Position numbers and translations under genes: made by a program. From positions 1 through 6,746 of the forward strand of contig NW_003314680.1 of NCBI RefSeq assembly GCF_000143415.4: a stretch of 6,746 bases of DNA. Reading direction: 5' to 3'. A model generated the notes under the pieces. It saw only the letters and a program-made list of their open reading frames with translations. It was not told the DNA's origin and searched no databases. The DNA is from Selaginella moellendorffii. Taxonomy: Eukaryota > Plantae > Lycopodiophyta. Within the stretch, counting starts at the first letter, position 1. Each line of letters begins with the position of its first letter. Shown piece after piece: positions 6,322 through 6,746 of this stretch.

Positions 6322-6746
6322 TGTTTACTGGGAAAATTCGGAGATGGATGAGAATGCTGCTACCGCTAGAACTCAATCTGAGAACTGGCGCCTGATCTCC
6401 AGAGGTCGCCAGCTGAGGAGGGGTGAAAGAAGTGGTGGATCGGCGGGGAGAGAGACTCAAGTCAAAGATAATGCAAATAGGGGGGTGCGATTCAGGAGTC
6501 TTGAAGTACAATGGAATGGGAAAGGAGATGGGGAACCCTAGTTGCGCTGGGGTCTCTCAAAACCACTCTCCTGTTGGCGGTTCTAACCGCCAGCATATGC
6601 CTAGAATAGAGAAAATAAACTAGTAGCCGTTTGAACCTGGCTTTCAGTCGTGAGTGTAGCTGCTCCTGGGCGTGCATGTGTTAGGGGAGGTTTCCAGGTC
6701 TACGGAGCTCTACTCAATGGCGAATGTGTGAATGTGCTCATCATCT
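6322..6746 (-). repeat. 5' LTR, 3' portion (probably R/U5); the LTR start appears to lie beyond the window
   Basis: Minus strand reads ...TTTTCCCAGTAAACA|TT|TGGCGACC: a canonical CA terminus 2 nt before the PBS. No matching TGTTTAC-type start or TATA box is visible. The second LTR is not in the window, so the boundary rests on PBS geometry. Confidence 0.85.

Larger units (their letters stand above)
1..6746 (-). mobile_element. Ty3/gypsy LTR retrotransposon, plant non-chromovirus type; partial (5' LTR to start of integrase)
   Basis: Minus-strand order is LTR end, PBS, gag, PR, RT, RH, INT, which is the gypsy order (copia places INT before RT). Motifs: LDGGSGVNII; FAWSYKDLKG; SPLVVVPKKNGKLRICV; FLDGFSGYNQI; YRRMPFGLCNAP; VFMDDFSVF. 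Confidence 0.97.

Noticed and set aside
6044-6677. Short ORFs on both strands across the LTR/PBS (6044-6541, 6143-6511, 6165-6395, 6423-6623, 6492-6677)
   Set aside because: They span non-coding LTR and PBS sequence and have no recognisable motifs or element-like codon bias.

Overview
The whole window is the 5' part of one Ty3/gypsy (Metaviridae) LTR retrotransposon on the minus strand. It is of the plant non-chromovirus type (Athila/Tat/Phygy/Selgy neighbourhood), and a non-seed land plant host is my inference. In element order the window holds: the 3' part of the 5' LTR (6746 to 6322, ending ...GTAAACA), a tRNA-Arg primer-binding site (6319-6303), a 1.2-kb region of unexplained coding potential upstream of gag (6195-5000, mostly missed by the ORF track), and a single-frame gag-pol starting at 5003. 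The polyprotein runs: long N-terminal extension, capsid, two CCHC knuckles, a Q/N/Y-rich prion-like tract, a DGG aspartic protease, RT, RNase H and the start of integrase, which runs off the window at base 1. This copy is lightly decayed, with three in-frame stops and one frameshift in gag-pol; the stops fit CG/CHG deamination. The points most worth following up are the candidate extra 5' ORF joined to gag by an ATGA overlap, the Sup35-like tract, the Gag N-extension, and strand-biased CCGAC enrichment. None is proven novel without database searches.
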